Source: Candidatus Obscuribacteraceae bacterium (GTDB lineage Bacteria > Cyanobacteriota > Vampirovibrionia > Obscuribacterales > Obscuribacteraceae). Taken from it: a stretch of 64,000 bases of DNA. The translations under genes and the position numbers were made by a program. A model generated the notes under the pieces. The model saw only the letters and a list, made by a program, of their open reading frames with translations, ran no database searches and was not told where the DNA came from. The stretch spans positions 96,001 through 160,000 of the forward strand of contig JBGASG010000001.1 of NCBI GenBank assembly GCA_044229845.1, written 5' to 3'. Below, piece by piece: positions 34,714 through 45,624 of this stretch. The first letter of the stretch is position 1. Each line of letters starts with the position of its first letter.

Positions 34714-37700
34714 TCAGCGCACGATCTCCGCGACAGACACACCGCCTTCTTTGCGCACGTGTATTTGCGTGGGAAACATCTCCTGCACCTCGGCAATATG
34801 GCTGACGACGATGATGCGGGCGAAGTCGCATGAAACTGCATTGATGGCGTTGAGCAAGCGATGGCGGCTGTCTTCGTCTTGCGAGCCGAAGCCTTCATCG
34901 ATGATCAGCGTCTCCAGCTTGGCGCCGGCGCGTCGTGCCAGAAGCCGTGAGAGAGCCAGTCTTAACGCGAAATTTACTTTGAAGGCTTCGCCGCCGCTGA
35001 AGAGTTCGTAATTGCGTGTACCGAGGTCGTCGGCGATGACAATGTCGAGCGTCTCAATCGCATTGCCCTGTCTGGTGCGCTGTTGCGTCAATAGCCCGAT
35101 GTGCATCTGGTTTTCTGTCAGGCGAGCCAGAATGCGGTTGGCTTCGCTTTCCAGCTCGGGAATGGCGTTTTCGATAATCAGCGCCTGGATGCCTTTCTTG
35201 CCTAAGGCCTCTGCCAGTTGCAGGAAATCGTTCATCTCATCGACTAGCTGGCGCAACTCTCCTTGCTTGCTCTGCATTGCTTCCAGCTTCTGAGTATGGT
35301 GCTCGATGTTTGCAGCTAACGCTCCGCGTTGCTGCAACAGCGCTGAGTGCGCTTCCTGAGCGGCTCGCAGCTCTTGCGTGGCGAGGTCGAGTCCGCTGGC
35401 TTGTTTTTCGCCTGCGCTGACATCTGCCTGCAGTTGTTGCAGTTCGCGCGCCAGGTCGTCTCGCTGGGCGGTTTTGACGCGTTTTGTCTCGGCAAGATTC
35501 AGTGCCTGCTGTTTCAAGGCCGGCATTTCCGCTCGAGCCAGACCCAGTTGCCTGAACTCCTCGACCATGGGCATCAACTCGTTCAACTCTTCGCGAACCA
35601 GTCCGTGCCGCGCCTGGTCATATTTATGTCCGGCGATTTCAGCTTCCAAATCGGAGAGCTGGACTCGTGTTTCGGCGGCGAACGTTTCGTCTTTGAGCTG
35701 CTGAGAATGCAAAGCAATGCGCTCGTCGAAAGCGGGCAGCTGCTGCTCGAGTTCAGCCAGCGACTGCAGGTCTTTTTGCAGCGTGTGATAGCGCACCTCG
35801 GCATGACGCTGGGCGCGCAACTGCGATTGCAAGCTTGAATAGATGATCGGGTCGAAGTCCATTTTGTGCAGCTCGGCTTTGATATTAATCAAGCTCTCGC
35901 GTTCGACTTGCGAGTATTCGTTGGCGGCAAGACGCTCTTCAAGCCGTTTTAGGTGTAAGAGCGTGTTTTCAAAAGCTGATTCGGCGCGGGCGATGGCGGA
36001 CTGTCGCTCGTTGTATTCGCCGATTTTTTGATCCAGCTGCTTGCGAGAAACGATCAGCTGGCGCAGTTCGCTGTATTGCGTGCGCAGCTGTGCCCGCTCA
36101 TCCTCGAAAGAAGCAACGCGGTTTTCCAGGTCGCTGATCTGGTGCTGGAAGTTGGCGGTCTGGTCGGCATAACGTTTGGCGACGGCGGCGCGATCGACGA
36201 TTGGTGAGGCGCAGAGCGGGCAGGTGCTGGCGTGCGGTTGGTGAATCAGTTCGGTGAGCTTGTCGTCGTTTTCCTGGCAACGACGCCGCAACTCGCGTAT
36301 TTCACTTTGCAGCGACTCGATTTCGCTCTTGATGCGCAAACCTTTCTCTTCGACCAGCGAAAACTCGGCATCGACCCGGTCGAGATCGCGAGCCTGCAAA
36401 ACCAACCCCTGCTGTTCGCTTTCGAGCGTAGCCTTGCTGTCGATCAAAAGCTTGAACTCGCTGAGCAAAGTTTGCTGGTTGCCGATTTCCGCTTCCAGTT
36501 TCATGCGGGCTTCGCCGATCATAAATTGCAGTTGCTCGGCGCGCGCCAGCAGGCTGGCATGCAATTCTTGCTGCTTCGTCAGAAGCGCTTCTTCGGCTGC
36601 CAGAGTCTTATATTCGTGATAAGCGCTTTCAATCTTTTTGCGGTCTTTAGTATCGCGTTGCAGCTTTTTACGGCGGGCGGTCAGCGCCACCACTTGCTCG
36701 CGCCAGTGATCGAGCTCGACTTCCATGCGCCCTTTCGCTTCGGCTAGTGCAGAGCGCAACTTCTGCCGGCGATCGAGCAGCTCGTGAACTGAGAGGGCCG
36801 CCTTGTCGAGCGACTGCAACTCTTCGGTCAGTTTTGAGAAACGCTGGTGCTCCGCATCAAGATGAGACGCGCGCCCCAGCAGTTTTTCGAAACGGCTTAT
36901 GGTGCCCTGCGTCGACTCGCTCTGGCTGGCGACGTTGTTCAAGTCGGCGACCAGTTCTGTATGCCGTTCTCGTTTGAGCGTCAGCATTTTATCGGCTTGG
37001 CGGCTGGCTTCCAGTGCTATCCGGAAGGTCTCTATGTCCTCCTGGTGGCGCGACATTTCAGCTTGCAATTCTTGCGCCGCTGCTGCCACCGCCTGCAGTT
37101 CGTCCGTGAGGCGAGCACGTTCTCGCTCACTTTCGACCACGTCGGGCAAAGTCGACTGCAGCTTTTCAATTTGAGCCTTGCGCAGGCGTGCCTCGTCCCG
37201 AGCCGCCTCTTGCAAGCGATCGAAGTATTTCAGTCCCAGTATCTCCGCCAGGACATCTTTGCGTTCGCCCGCGGATTTTTGTGTGAATTCATCCGCACGT
37301 CCTTGCCGCAGATAGACACTATTTATGAATGTGTCGTATTGCATCTTGAGGAGGTCGTTGATGCGCTGCTGGGTTTCTTTCATGCTGGCGGCGGTAAGGC
37401 TCACCCAGCGTTCGGACGGCGCGGTTTCTGTTGCCTGCCGGTCGGAGGCGGCAGCGGCAGGTTTCTTCGCTTTTGCAGAATTTGACGAACCGACGCTGCG
37501 CATGGGATTGACGCCATCGCGGCGGTGCGAAGACTCGCTGGTCTCTTGCCCGGGCTGTTGCAGCATTTGCAGTTCGAGCGTGCCGCGGGAGACGAGCTTG
37601 CCGCCGGGGCGCGGTGCATTGCGACTGCGCGAACGGCGGACACGATAGACCTGTCCGTTGAGAGAAAAGCGAACGTCGACCCACATCTCAGTCTGCCCGA

Positions 37701-37884
37701 GGCGAATCAGTTCGTCGGAGGTGCCGCGGGCATTTTCCCAGAATGCCCAGGTGACGGCATCGAGGATGGCAGATTTTCCGGCACCATTTCTCCCTGTCAA
37801 GCACGCAATGTGAACCGTACGCCAGTCCAGATTTGCGTCGGCGTAGCTCATGAAGTTATGCAGCTTGATGGAGTTGAGGATCAA
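34714..37884 (-). CDS. sbcC: SbcC/Rad50 SMC-family ATPase
   Basis: Walker A GRNGAGKS, Q-loop LRQG, CPLC zinc hook, FSGGE signature, IIDEGFG. Confidence 0.93.
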   Translation of the reverse strand: MILNSIKLHNFMSYADANLDWRTVHIACLTGRNGAGKSAILDAVTWAFWENARGTSDELIRLGQTEMWVDVRFSLNGQVYRVRRSRSRNAPRPGGKLVSRGTLELQMLQQPGQETSESSHRRDGVNPMRSVGSSNSAKAKKPAAAASDRQATETAPSERWVSLTAASMKETQQRINDLLKMQYDTFINSVYLRQGRADEFTQKSAGERKDVLAEILGLKYFDRLQEAARDEARLRKAQIEKLQSTLPDVVESERERARLTDELQAVAAAAQELQAEMSRHQEDIETFRIALEASRQADKMLTLKRERHTELVADLNNVASQSESTQGTISRFEKLLGRASHLDAEHQRFSKLTEELQSLDKAALSVHELLDRRQKLRSALAEAKGRMEVELDHWREQVVALTARRKKLQRDTKDRKKIESAYHEYKTLAAEEALLTKQQELHASLLARAEQLQFMIGEARMKLEAEIGNQQTLLSEFKLLIDSKATLESEQQGLVLQARDLDRVDAEFSLVEEKGLRIKSEIESLQSEIRELRRRCQENDDKLTELIHQPHASTCPLCASPIVDRAAVAKRYADQTANFQHQISDLENRVASFEDERAQLRTQYSELRQLIVSRKQLDQKIGEYNERQSAIARAESAFENTLLHLKRLEERLAANEYSQVERESLINIKAELHKMDFDPIIYSSLQSQLRAQRHAEVRYHTLQKDLQSLAELEQQLPAFDERIALHSQQLKDETFAAETRVQLSDLEAEIAGHKYDQARHGLVREELNELMPMVEEFRQLGLARAEMPALKQQALNLAETKRVKTAQRDDLARELQQLQADVSAGEKQASGLDLATQELRAAQEAHSALLQQRGALAANIEHHTQKLEAMQSKQGELRQLVDEMNDFLQLAEALGKKGIQALIIENAIPELESEANRILARLTENQMHIGLLTQQRTRQGNAIETLDIVIADDLGTRNYELFSGGEAFKVNFALRLALSRLLARRAGAKLETLIIDEGFGSQDEDSRHRLLNAINAVSCDFARIIVVSHIAEVQEMFPTQIHVRKEGGVSVAEIVR

Positions 37885-38075
37885 ATTGGTATCAGTGGAG
37901 CTGCCTCTCTAATAGATGTTCTATCTCTTAATACGTTCCACGCCGCCAAAAAGTTCAATTTGGTGATATATCCGCTGGTATATCTTTGGATGCATCGAAT
38001 TTGGTGTCGTTGGTGCGCTTTGCCGATGTCATAATGGCGAGGCAAATCAAAGCGTAGTCAGGTGCCCGCGATTTC

Positions 38076-40564
38076 ATGAATGCAAGGCAGCAAATAAGAG
38101 TCAGTTCAATGACCCTGATTGTCGTTTGTCTTGCCCTGTCCGGCTTCGCTTGCCTGGTTTACGAGGTCACCTGGGCCAAGCTTGTCAGTCAATGGCTGGG
38201 TGTCTCGATTCATGGCGTAGCGCTGGTGACCGCCATATTTCTGGGCGGACTGGCTGGTGGAGCCTTGATTGGCGGTGAGCTGGCTGACAAGCGACGCTGG
38301 CAGGTGCTGCACGTTTTGCGCGCTTTCGGTGTCTGCCAGCTGGCGGCGGCAATAGTCGCCACGTTAATCCCGGCGGCTGTGCAGCAGGCTGCCGCTCCGG
38401 CGCTGGCGGCTGCTTCGCAGGGCAGTTTGGAATCCGGCTATTTGATCAGGGCACTGTCTGCGGTGCTGCTCCTGTCACCACCGGTAGTGTTGCTCGGCGC
38501 ATCGTTTGCCGCCATTTCGCGAGTGGTTCTTTATGCCACCAGCTCGGAGAAGATGGTGGGCTGGTTTTATGCGCTCAACACTTTCGGCGCTTTTCTGGGT
38601 GTGGTCAGTGCCGGATTCTTTCTGCTTCCGCAATTTGGTATCGCCGCCACCAGTGCTACCGCCGCCCTCCTGAACGGCATAGCCGGGGCGATTGCCGTGG
38701 CGCTGTCGTTCGCCGGCAAATCCAATCTCGATTTCATCAAGCCGGAGGCGGCCGCGTCTCAAGCCGGTGGACGCGAAGCGGGCGGACGTCGCGAGCGCCC
38801 CGACCCGATTGTCGAGGGTGCAAATTTTCGCTGGCTCTGTCTTTATGCGGCCCTCGCCGGCGGCATGAGCCTGATCGCGGAAGTTGTCTGGACTCGCTGG
38901 TTTGCGCTGGTTCTGACGTCCTCTATCTATTCTTTTACGACGGTACTGTCGGTGGTGCTGTTGGCATCGGCGGCCGGCAATGCGCTGGCGGCGCGCCTGG
39001 CCAGGCGAGGCAACGCCACCTTAATCGCGGCGGCGGCGCTGTTCTGCGGCTCCTGCTATCTGTTGCTGGTTTTGTATTTCGCCGATGAAGTGGTCTGGTC
39101 ATTCATTGCTTTGCAGCAGGCACTGGGTCAGGTTGCCGGCTCGGTCTTCGCCGCCGGGCTTCTGGCGAGGGTGATTGTCGTTTTGATCTGCTGCTTTTTC
39201 CCGGCCCTCTGCATGGGCGCTGTCTTCACCCTGCTCGTCCAGGCGGCCGGCATTCGCGAAGAAGACGTGGCCAGGCGCGTCGGCAAGCTTTATGCCGCCA
39301 GTTCACTGGGGGGGCTGATCGGCACTCTGGGCGCGGCTTTTTTCTTGATTCCGGCGCTCAGCCAGATGGTGACCAGCGGTATTCAGGGCGCGTTGATCCT
39401 GACTGTGGTAGTGCTGTCTTTGATGGCGATGGGCACTTTCTGGACCTGGGTGAAAGACCATTCCAGCGACCGAGGCACCGCCGTCATCGTCACAGGCGCC
39501 GCCGGGTTTGTGGTTTTGGGTATCCTGCTCGATCTTCTGCTCTTTCCGCCTGCATGGAACAAGAAGCTGATGTCCTCGGGCGCGTCCTTTTTTGCCGCCG
39601 GGGAGTTGGCCAAACTGGACCGCGATTCCTTTTTCAACACGGTCGGCAAAGACTCGCCCGGCTCCGACGAGCTGATTTTCTACCGTGAAGGTCTCAACTC
39701 GACGGTGACGGTCAGCCGCAGCAAAGCCAACAACATTGTCTATCTGCGCAATGATGGAAAAGTGGAGGCGGCGGTACCTATAGACAGCAAAGAACCGGCG
39801 CCCGGTGCCGATGTCAAAACGCAGCTCTCGCTGGGCTTCGTACCTATGCTCTTGCATAAGACTGATGCTGTGGATGCACTTTTGATCGGTTACGGCAGTG
39901 GTACTACAGCCAGTGCCATGGCCGCTTTTCCGTCGCTCACGCCAACGGCGATGTGCTGAGCAAGAAGACGGTCAACGTGATCACATCGGATGCACGTTAT
40001 GAGTTGATGTCTTCCAAGAAGCAATATGACGTGCTTGTTTCCCAACCAGCCGATCCCTGGTTGCCTGGCTCGTCCGGCCTTTTTACGCGCGAGTTCTGGC
40101 AGACGGCGCGCCAGCGGCTTAAGCCGGATGGTGTCATCTGCCAGTGGGTGCAGCTATATTCCATTGCCCCCGAGCACTTGCTGATTCTCTGTAAAACCTT
40201 TCAGGCAGTGTTTCCCGAGTGCTACATGGTGCACCCGCCCGGAGCCGGCGAAGTGTTGCTGGTGGGAGTTAACGGCAAGGACATAGCGGATGAGCAGACG
40301 ATTGCCGAGCGAATGTCTGCTTCTCCAAACATCAAGCAGATGCTTGTGACTGCCGGTTGTGACTCACCGCAGACATTGAAGGCATGGACCGTCGAAGACC
40401 CGCAGGGCATGCAGCGCCTGGTCAGTGAAAGCAACAGTAAACTCAGCCTTAATACCGATGATCGCTTGTTGACCGAATACGCCTTGCCGACGCTCCTGGC
40501 TGAGCCGGAGAAGTTCCTGGAGCGCAACCTGGCTTTGATTGAGAGAAAGCAGTCCACTAAATAG
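38076..40564 (+). pseudogene. Fused membrane/spermidine-synthase-like protein, split by an internal deletion/frameshift
   Basis: ORF 38076-39959 (YEVTW TM repeats, LLIGYGSG) and ORF 39953-40564 (DAR, YDVLVSQP, LFTREF, QW) are two halves in different frames. Confidence 0.7.
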
Positions 40565-40741
40565 CAGGCTGACAACCTGGAAGGGCTGTACTGGTCAGGC
40601 TTTGAGGTCGCGCGCCGCGAGCGAGCCGGCAAGCAATCGGGCTGTCATAATGGCAGCAGATGTTGGATTCAGTTGGATTTCCTGCGCGTCTGCGAGATAA
40701 TCCCATCTTAGTTAAACCAAAGACACAAGGTTGTAGAGGCC

Positions 40742-41680
40742 ATGAGTTACCGGCTCTTGCTAATCGAAGACAGTCCGACGCAGCTGCTCACCATCAAGCG
40801 ACAGCTGGAGTCGGAGGGATATGACGTGGTGGCCGCCAAGAACGGCGCCGAAGGGCTGGCACGCGCTTACAACGAGAGTCCTGACCTGATCATCTCCGAT
40901 GTTGTCATGTCGGGCATAAATGGCTATCAACTCTGCCGTTTGGTCAAGAACGATCCGGACCTCGCGGCGACGCCCGTTGTGCTGTTGACTAAGCTCGATG
41001 GCTCCATCGACCGTTTCTGGGGGCTGAAATCGGGTGCCGATCGGTATATTCCTAAGGAGCCTGGTTTCGCCAGACTGATCAAAGAAATTCGCGAACTGCT
41101 CGCGGAGAGCACCAATCGCCCGCGCCTGCGTGTGCTGGGTGATCCGCAAAAGGGACCCGGTGCCGACGAAATCAACAATCGCCTGCACCAGTTGCTCGAG
41201 CGCCTGCTCTTCGAGGCGACACTGGCTGATGAAGTGCGGCGCATCGGCGAAGACATTGCCGATCTGGAGATCATTGCGGAGAAACTGTTTGTTCTGCTTT
41301 CTTCGATTCTCAACTATCAGGCGTGTGCGCTGGTCGTCAGTCACGGTAGCTATTCGGTGATGCTTTGTGATCTGGCCAAGCAAAACCAGGAATCCGCCGT
41401 CAAAGCGTACGTGTCGAAAGTGGCATTGCAATTGGGGTTGCCGCCATTCAAAGAAGAAGCCGCCAAAGGCAATCAGATATTCGAGAACGCATTGACCCAG
41501 CCCATCGATGCAGGCGGCTTGCGTCTGGGCTTGCTGGTGGTGGTGCCCTGGCCGAACCAGAGCTACAAACCAGGCGACCAGAAAGTGATTCGCCTGGTTT
41601 GCGACCAGCTGTCCACCGTTTTGCGCCTATATCTTTCCTATTCGCAGCGTGACGGCTTGCCGGTGCCTACCGGTCCGTAG
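40742..41680 (+). CDS. Response regulator receiver + GAF-like region, no output enzyme
   Basis: LLIEDS, ISDVVM, GADRYIPK; C-terminal GAF-like segment. Confidence 0.8.
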   Translation: MSYRLLLIEDSPTQLLTIKRQLESEGYDVVAAKNGAEGLARAYNESPDLIISDVVMSGINGYQLCRLVKNDPDLAATPVVLLTKLDGSIDRFWGLKSGADRYIPKEPGFARLIKEIRELLAESTNRPRLRVLGDPQKGPGADEINNRLHQLLERLLFEATLADEVRRIGEDIADLEIIAEKLFVLLSSILNYQACALVVSHGSYSVMLCDLAKQNQESAVKAYVSKVALQLGLPPFKEEAAKGNQIFENALTQPIDAGGLRLGLLVVVPWPNQSYKPGDQKVIRLVCDQLSTVLRLYLSYSQRDGLPVPTGP

Positions 41681-41705
41681 CCGTTCATTCAACAAAAAAG
41701 CCTAC

Positions 41706-43664
41706 TCAGGTCGGTTTCTTCATGCCCTGTTTGCTTTGCCGGGCCGGATTATCTTTGCCGTTGCCGGCGTCGCTCGCGGTTCCGGTATCGGTGGCGGTGG
41801 CAGTGCCGCCGCCGCTGTCGCTGGTACCACCTGTAGTGCCACCCTGTTCTTCCGACTGCAGTTCGTCGACTTCGCCTTCCCAGGACATCTGGATGTTGAA
41901 CGCTACCGGATCGAGCTCGTTAGATTGCGGCTGAACATTTTGCTTGACTTCCGGCATGACAATCTGGGGAACCGTTTCCGGTTCGGGCGGCTTCTGTTCG
42001 GGTTCATCTTTGTTGCCGAATCCGGGTCCGCCGAAAAGCTCGGACGATTCGTCGAAGATGTCGGCTGGTGTCAGCCAACCTTCCGAGACGAGTGTGTCGA
42101 AGAACGGCACCTTCTCCATGCGCTGCAAATTGATGGCAGTCTGGAACTGGGCGACGGTAATCTTGCCGAAAGTGATCAACTTTTGACCGAGAATGGCGGA
42201 ATCCAGTTCTTCCTCCGTCAGGAAGCCTGCCGTCAGGAGAAACTGACCGAAGGGCATGTTCGGTTCGGCTTTGTGCATGTCGAGGGCTACCTGCAACTCA
42301 GTCGGCTGAATGATGTTGGCGCATTCGAGCAACTCGCCAATCTTGAGGGCAGTGCGTTTGCCGCCGTTCAAGCGACCGCCGCCTTCGGGACCATCCAGCT
42401 GGCGCAGTCCCAGACGACGCAAGTCATAGTCTGTACGGGTGACCGGGTCTTTGAGGATGTCGTGGGCGATGCACAGGAAGCGCAGTTGCTCTTTGAAGGC
42501 TTTGATTTCGCCGCGTGACACGGACTCGGGCGGCTGTGCCTGGTGAGTGCGTATATGCGAGCGCAAGCGTCTCAAGAAGGACGTGTGGATCACTTCGTAA
42601 GTGGAGGTATCGCCCACGCCTAGGGCTTCGTAGAAGTTACCGGCGGCTCCCTCGGCAATGGCGTGCTGGACGACGGGCGCAACAATTTCCGGCACGCGCG
42701 TGGCGCCGGAGGTCGTTTTCTGGGGCACTTCGGCAGCCGCTTTGGCTGGCTCGCTGCTGGGTGCGATCGGTACTTTGATTTGAACTTTCGGGGTCTCTTT
42801 GGGCGACTCGGTCGTGGGCGCCGGCGGCGGTGAGGATTGTTCGGGAGTGGTATCGTCCTCGGTGTCACCGAAGTCGAGGTAGGAAAGCGGTCCGGCTCCC
42901 GGCTCGCTGGGAGGCATAGCCAGGTCGTCGATGTCGGGTTTGCCGGGGGAGTCATCCTCGGAGGGCTCTTGCTCTTCCGAGTCAGGTTGTGATTGAGCCG
43001 GCGCTTCCGCTTCCGGTTCTGAGGTCTCTTGCTTCTCCTCTTCTTTTTCGAGCCAGTCTGGAGGTGTCCATGGTTTCCTGACAGGAATTCCGTCTTCGTC
43101 AAGCTGAGACTCGGGGGAGGTGGCGCCCTGGGTGTCGGAGTGTTCGACGTGTCCCATGGACTTGGCCGGCAATTCCTCGCCCGGGGCAGGTTGGAAGTCC
43201 AGGTGCTTTTCGTCGTCGTCTGTCGAAGTGCCTTCTTCGGACAGTTCGGACTGGCGAAGCAGCGAGTCCTGGGCCAGCATCGTCTCCTGAGCACGCAAGT
43301 TGGTAGTCGAGTAGGCGGAGGTGGTCTCCTCTGCCTCTTTGACTTCCAGGTTGATTTCCGGAGTTGCTGCTTCTTGCTGTAGTTTCTCAGACGGTCGGAA
43401 GACGACCAGTACGCACTCGGCGCGGGTGACGGCTGCCCGGTGCAAACGGTCGATGGTGGCGGAAATCTGCTTGGAGCGCTCGGTCTGACCGAATTCGTTG
43501 GCTTTCGTCGCGGCTTCCCTGGCTTGCAAAATGGCGCACAAATGCGTGTGCGCGAGACCGGCGCCATCGCTGTCGCCTGCCTCAAAGCTTTGCTTGAACG
43601 CGGCGGCAAGTACTTTTGCCTCGAGTTCGGCGCGATCTTCAGCTGCTAGATCAAGCGACTGCAT
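41706..43664 (-). CDS. J-domain-like + MshEN-like repeat protein
   Basis: NFYEALGV...AHDILKDPVTRTDYD, then KIGELL...LQVAL / FGQFLLTAGFL repeats. Confidence 0.65.
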   Translation of the reverse strand: MQSLDLAAEDRAELEAKVLAAAFKQSFEAGDSDGAGLAHTHLCAILQAREAATKANEFGQTERSKQISATIDRLHRAAVTRAECVLVVFRPSEKLQQEAATPEINLEVKEAEETTSAYSTTNLRAQETMLAQDSLLRQSELSEEGTSTDDDEKHLDFQPAPGEELPAKSMGHVEHSDTQGATSPESQLDEDGIPVRKPWTPPDWLEKEEEKQETSEPEAEAPAQSQPDSEEQEPSEDDSPGKPDIDDLAMPPSEPGAGPLSYLDFGDTEDDTTPEQSSPPPAPTTESPKETPKVQIKVPIAPSSEPAKAAAEVPQKTTSGATRVPEIVAPVVQHAIAEGAAGNFYEALGVGDTSTYEVIHTSFLRRLRSHIRTHQAQPPESVSRGEIKAFKEQLRFLCIAHDILKDPVTRTDYDLRRLGLRQLDGPEGGGRLNGGKRTALKIGELLECANIIQPTELQVALDMHKAEPNMPFGQFLLTAGFLTEEELDSAILGQKLITFGKITVAQFQTAINLQRMEKVPFFDTLVSEGWLTPADIFDESSELFGGPGFGNKDEPEQKPPEPETVPQIVMPEVKQNVQPQSNELDPVAFNIQMSWEGEVDELQSEEQGGTTGGTSDSGGGTATATDTGTASDAGNGKDNPARQSKQGMKKPT

Positions 43665-43917
43665 GCCCTGCGGTAGTGTCCTCTCAACAATGTCGCGGCA
43701 GTTCTAGCGCGACTATTGCCCATCACGACTAAAAAGATTATGCCTTTTCAGACGAGATTTAACACCCATTATTTGATTATGCAGATAAGACTTAAATATG
43801 CTTCTGCTTGACAACTTGAAAAGGATCTCATTTAGGCTAAACAAGAGCGTATACGTGATACTTCGGTGAGCGGCCGTGGTACGCGCAGCCGAGCGGAAGT
43901 GCGCCTGACACCCTGAT

Positions 43918-44697
43918 ATGATCAGACGACCGTTTTGCGAGTCTTTGAAGTTGAGCGAAGACGCTGACATCGCCGCCGCCCTGGAAGACCTCAAGCAGCG
44001 AGCGTCTTTGTTGTCAGTGCATCTGGACGAGAAAACTTTGCAACTGATCGGCGAATTTTGTCGCCAGCTGGCTGCCTATAATCAGCACACTAATCTGGTT
44101 TCGAAAGCCGATGCACCAAATCTGGTGCAACAGCATATCGCCGATTCACTGAGTCTCGTCGGTCCGATTGCGGACCGACAAAAGATGAACCATCGTCTGG
44201 TGGACATCGGCTCCGGCGCCGGTTTTCCGGCGATAATTCTGGCGTTGACGCTGGCTGATTTGCAGGTGGTTTTTATCGAGTCGATCAGCAAGAAGGCAAA
44301 ATTTTTGCAGCAGGTTTGCGGATATCTGGGATTGGACAATCGCGTTAAAGTTCTGGCTGAGCGCGCTGAAACCTGTGCTCGGCAAAAAGACCTGCGCGAC
44401 AGTTTTGGCTTTGCTACCGCACGGGCGGTCGGTTCGCTTTCACTGATCAGCGAATTGACTCTGCCGTTTTTGCAGACCGGCGGCTGCTTGCTGGCTCAGA
44501 AGTCTCAAAAACAAGCAGATGATGAAATTAGAGAAGCTGCTTCACTTGTCACTGCCCTTGGTGGCAGTATTCGCGAAAAGGTGATACCAAATCCGATGGC
44601 AGTCGGGAAGGATGTCGTGATTATCGAAGTAGTAAAAACGCAACCGACCCCGCCGAAATATCCGCGCCAAACAGCGCAGTTAGGCAAAGGACGCTGA
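43918..44697 (+). CDS. rsmG: 16S rRNA m7G527 methyltransferase
   Basis: NL, HIADSL, DIGSGAGFP, ES..KK, RAE, ARAV, KYPR. Confidence 0.95.
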   Translation: MIRRPFCESLKLSEDADIAAALEDLKQRASLLSVHLDEKTLQLIGEFCRQLAAYNQHTNLVSKADAPNLVQQHIADSLSLVGPIADRQKMNHRLVDIGSGAGFPAIILALTLADLQVVFIESISKKAKFLQQVCGYLGLDNRVKVLAERAETCARQKDLRDSFGFATARAVGSLSLISELTLPFLQTGGCLLAQKSQKQADDEIREAASLVTALGGSIREKVIPNPMAVGKDVVIIEVVKTQPTPPKYPRQTAQLGKGR

Positions 44698-44711
44698 GCA
44701 GCGTCAGCCTC

Positions 44712-45605
44712 TCAGGAAACGCTCTCCAGCTGCGAAATCAGCCAGCCTTCCGCTGAAGCTTGCATCTTTGCTTCGGCAGGCGGTGAGTCGCACATCAGCT
44801 CCATTAAGCGCCTGCGGCTTCCGAAGACATAGTTGGCGCGGTTGATCAATGCCGTCACGTCCAGATAATCGTGGGCGAAAATCACATTGTCCAGTTTTCG
44901 GTACCAGTCGTCGCCGGCCGGCACCACCACATCTGCCACCATCGGACCGATCTCGATCAAGTCTTTGTCGCGTCCCGACCGCGGCGGCCAGACAGTGAAC
45001 ATGGTCTTCATGTCGAAGCCGAGACATTCGACGCGACCGAAATCAGGAGATGGTCCGTCCTCGAATTGAAAACCAATTTCTTTGTAGTGTTGCAGCTCTT
45101 CGTTCCAGACTTCCGTCAACACTTCAGAGACGGTGTTGATGTGCGGCTCCAGGCGCCACATTTCGCTGGTCGGTAGGTAAGACAGCGCCGGCTGGAAGTC
45201 CCAGTTGTCTTCGACATAACGCACTTCGTACTGATGGGTGTGCGCCCAGGCAGCAGTGAGCACGCCCATCCAGTTGTAGTCGTCCTTGTATACGCGGGCA
45301 TATTGTTGCTTGAACCAGACTGCCCAGTCTTCAAAATTGTCGTATTGATGCGAGCGCTTGATCAGTCCGTCGCGCCATTCATGCTCATCCGGCAGGGGAT
45401 CGGGGGCATGGAAAAACTCCGTCCAGTAGGCGGTGACCGCGTTTGGTTCCACCATGTCGGTGTAAGCGACGCCCTCCTGTTCCTGCCACAGCTCTCGGCA
45501 GGTTTTCACCGTTTCTTCGCAGCGGCTGTACGGATTGGACTCTTTGAATTTTTCGTCGTGACGAACCCAGTCGATGGCTGACCGAATGAGATACGCTGGA
45601 TACAT
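44712..45605 (-). CDS. Hypothetical Trp/Tyr-rich acidic protein
   Basis: Long ORF after malQ; start set to ATG 45605 (GAGGGG upstream). Confidence 0.65.
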   Translation of the reverse strand: MYPAYLIRSAIDWVRHDEKFKESNPYSRCEETVKTCRELWQEQEGVAYTDMVEPNAVTAYWTEFFHAPDPLPDEHEWRDGLIKRSHQYDNFEDWAVWFKQQYARVYKDDYNWMGVLTAAWAHTHQYEVRYVEDNWDFQPALSYLPTSEMWRLEPHINTVSEVLTEVWNEELQHYKEIGFQFEDGPSPDFGRVECLGFDMKTMFTVWPPRSGRDKDLIEIGPMVADVVVPAGDDWYRKLDNVIFAHDYLDVTALINRANYVFGSRRRLMELMCDSPPAEAKMQASAEGWLISQLESVS

Positions 45606-45624
45606 CAAACAGAAACCCCTCTTT

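Noticed and set aside
34714..37884. SMC-like ATPase as part of a Wadjet/Lamassu defence system
   Set aside because: Canonical SbcC features (zinc hook, signature motif) and no partner defence genes adjacent.
42620..43609. 329-aa alternative-frame ORF within the J-like gene
   Set aside because: Arg/Pro-rich out-of-frame product typical of low-complexity GC-rich coding sequence.
43665..43917. AT-rich intergenic region next to rsmG as oriC or ncRNA
   Set aside because: No DnaA boxes or recognisable RNA family seen; best explained as divergent promoters.
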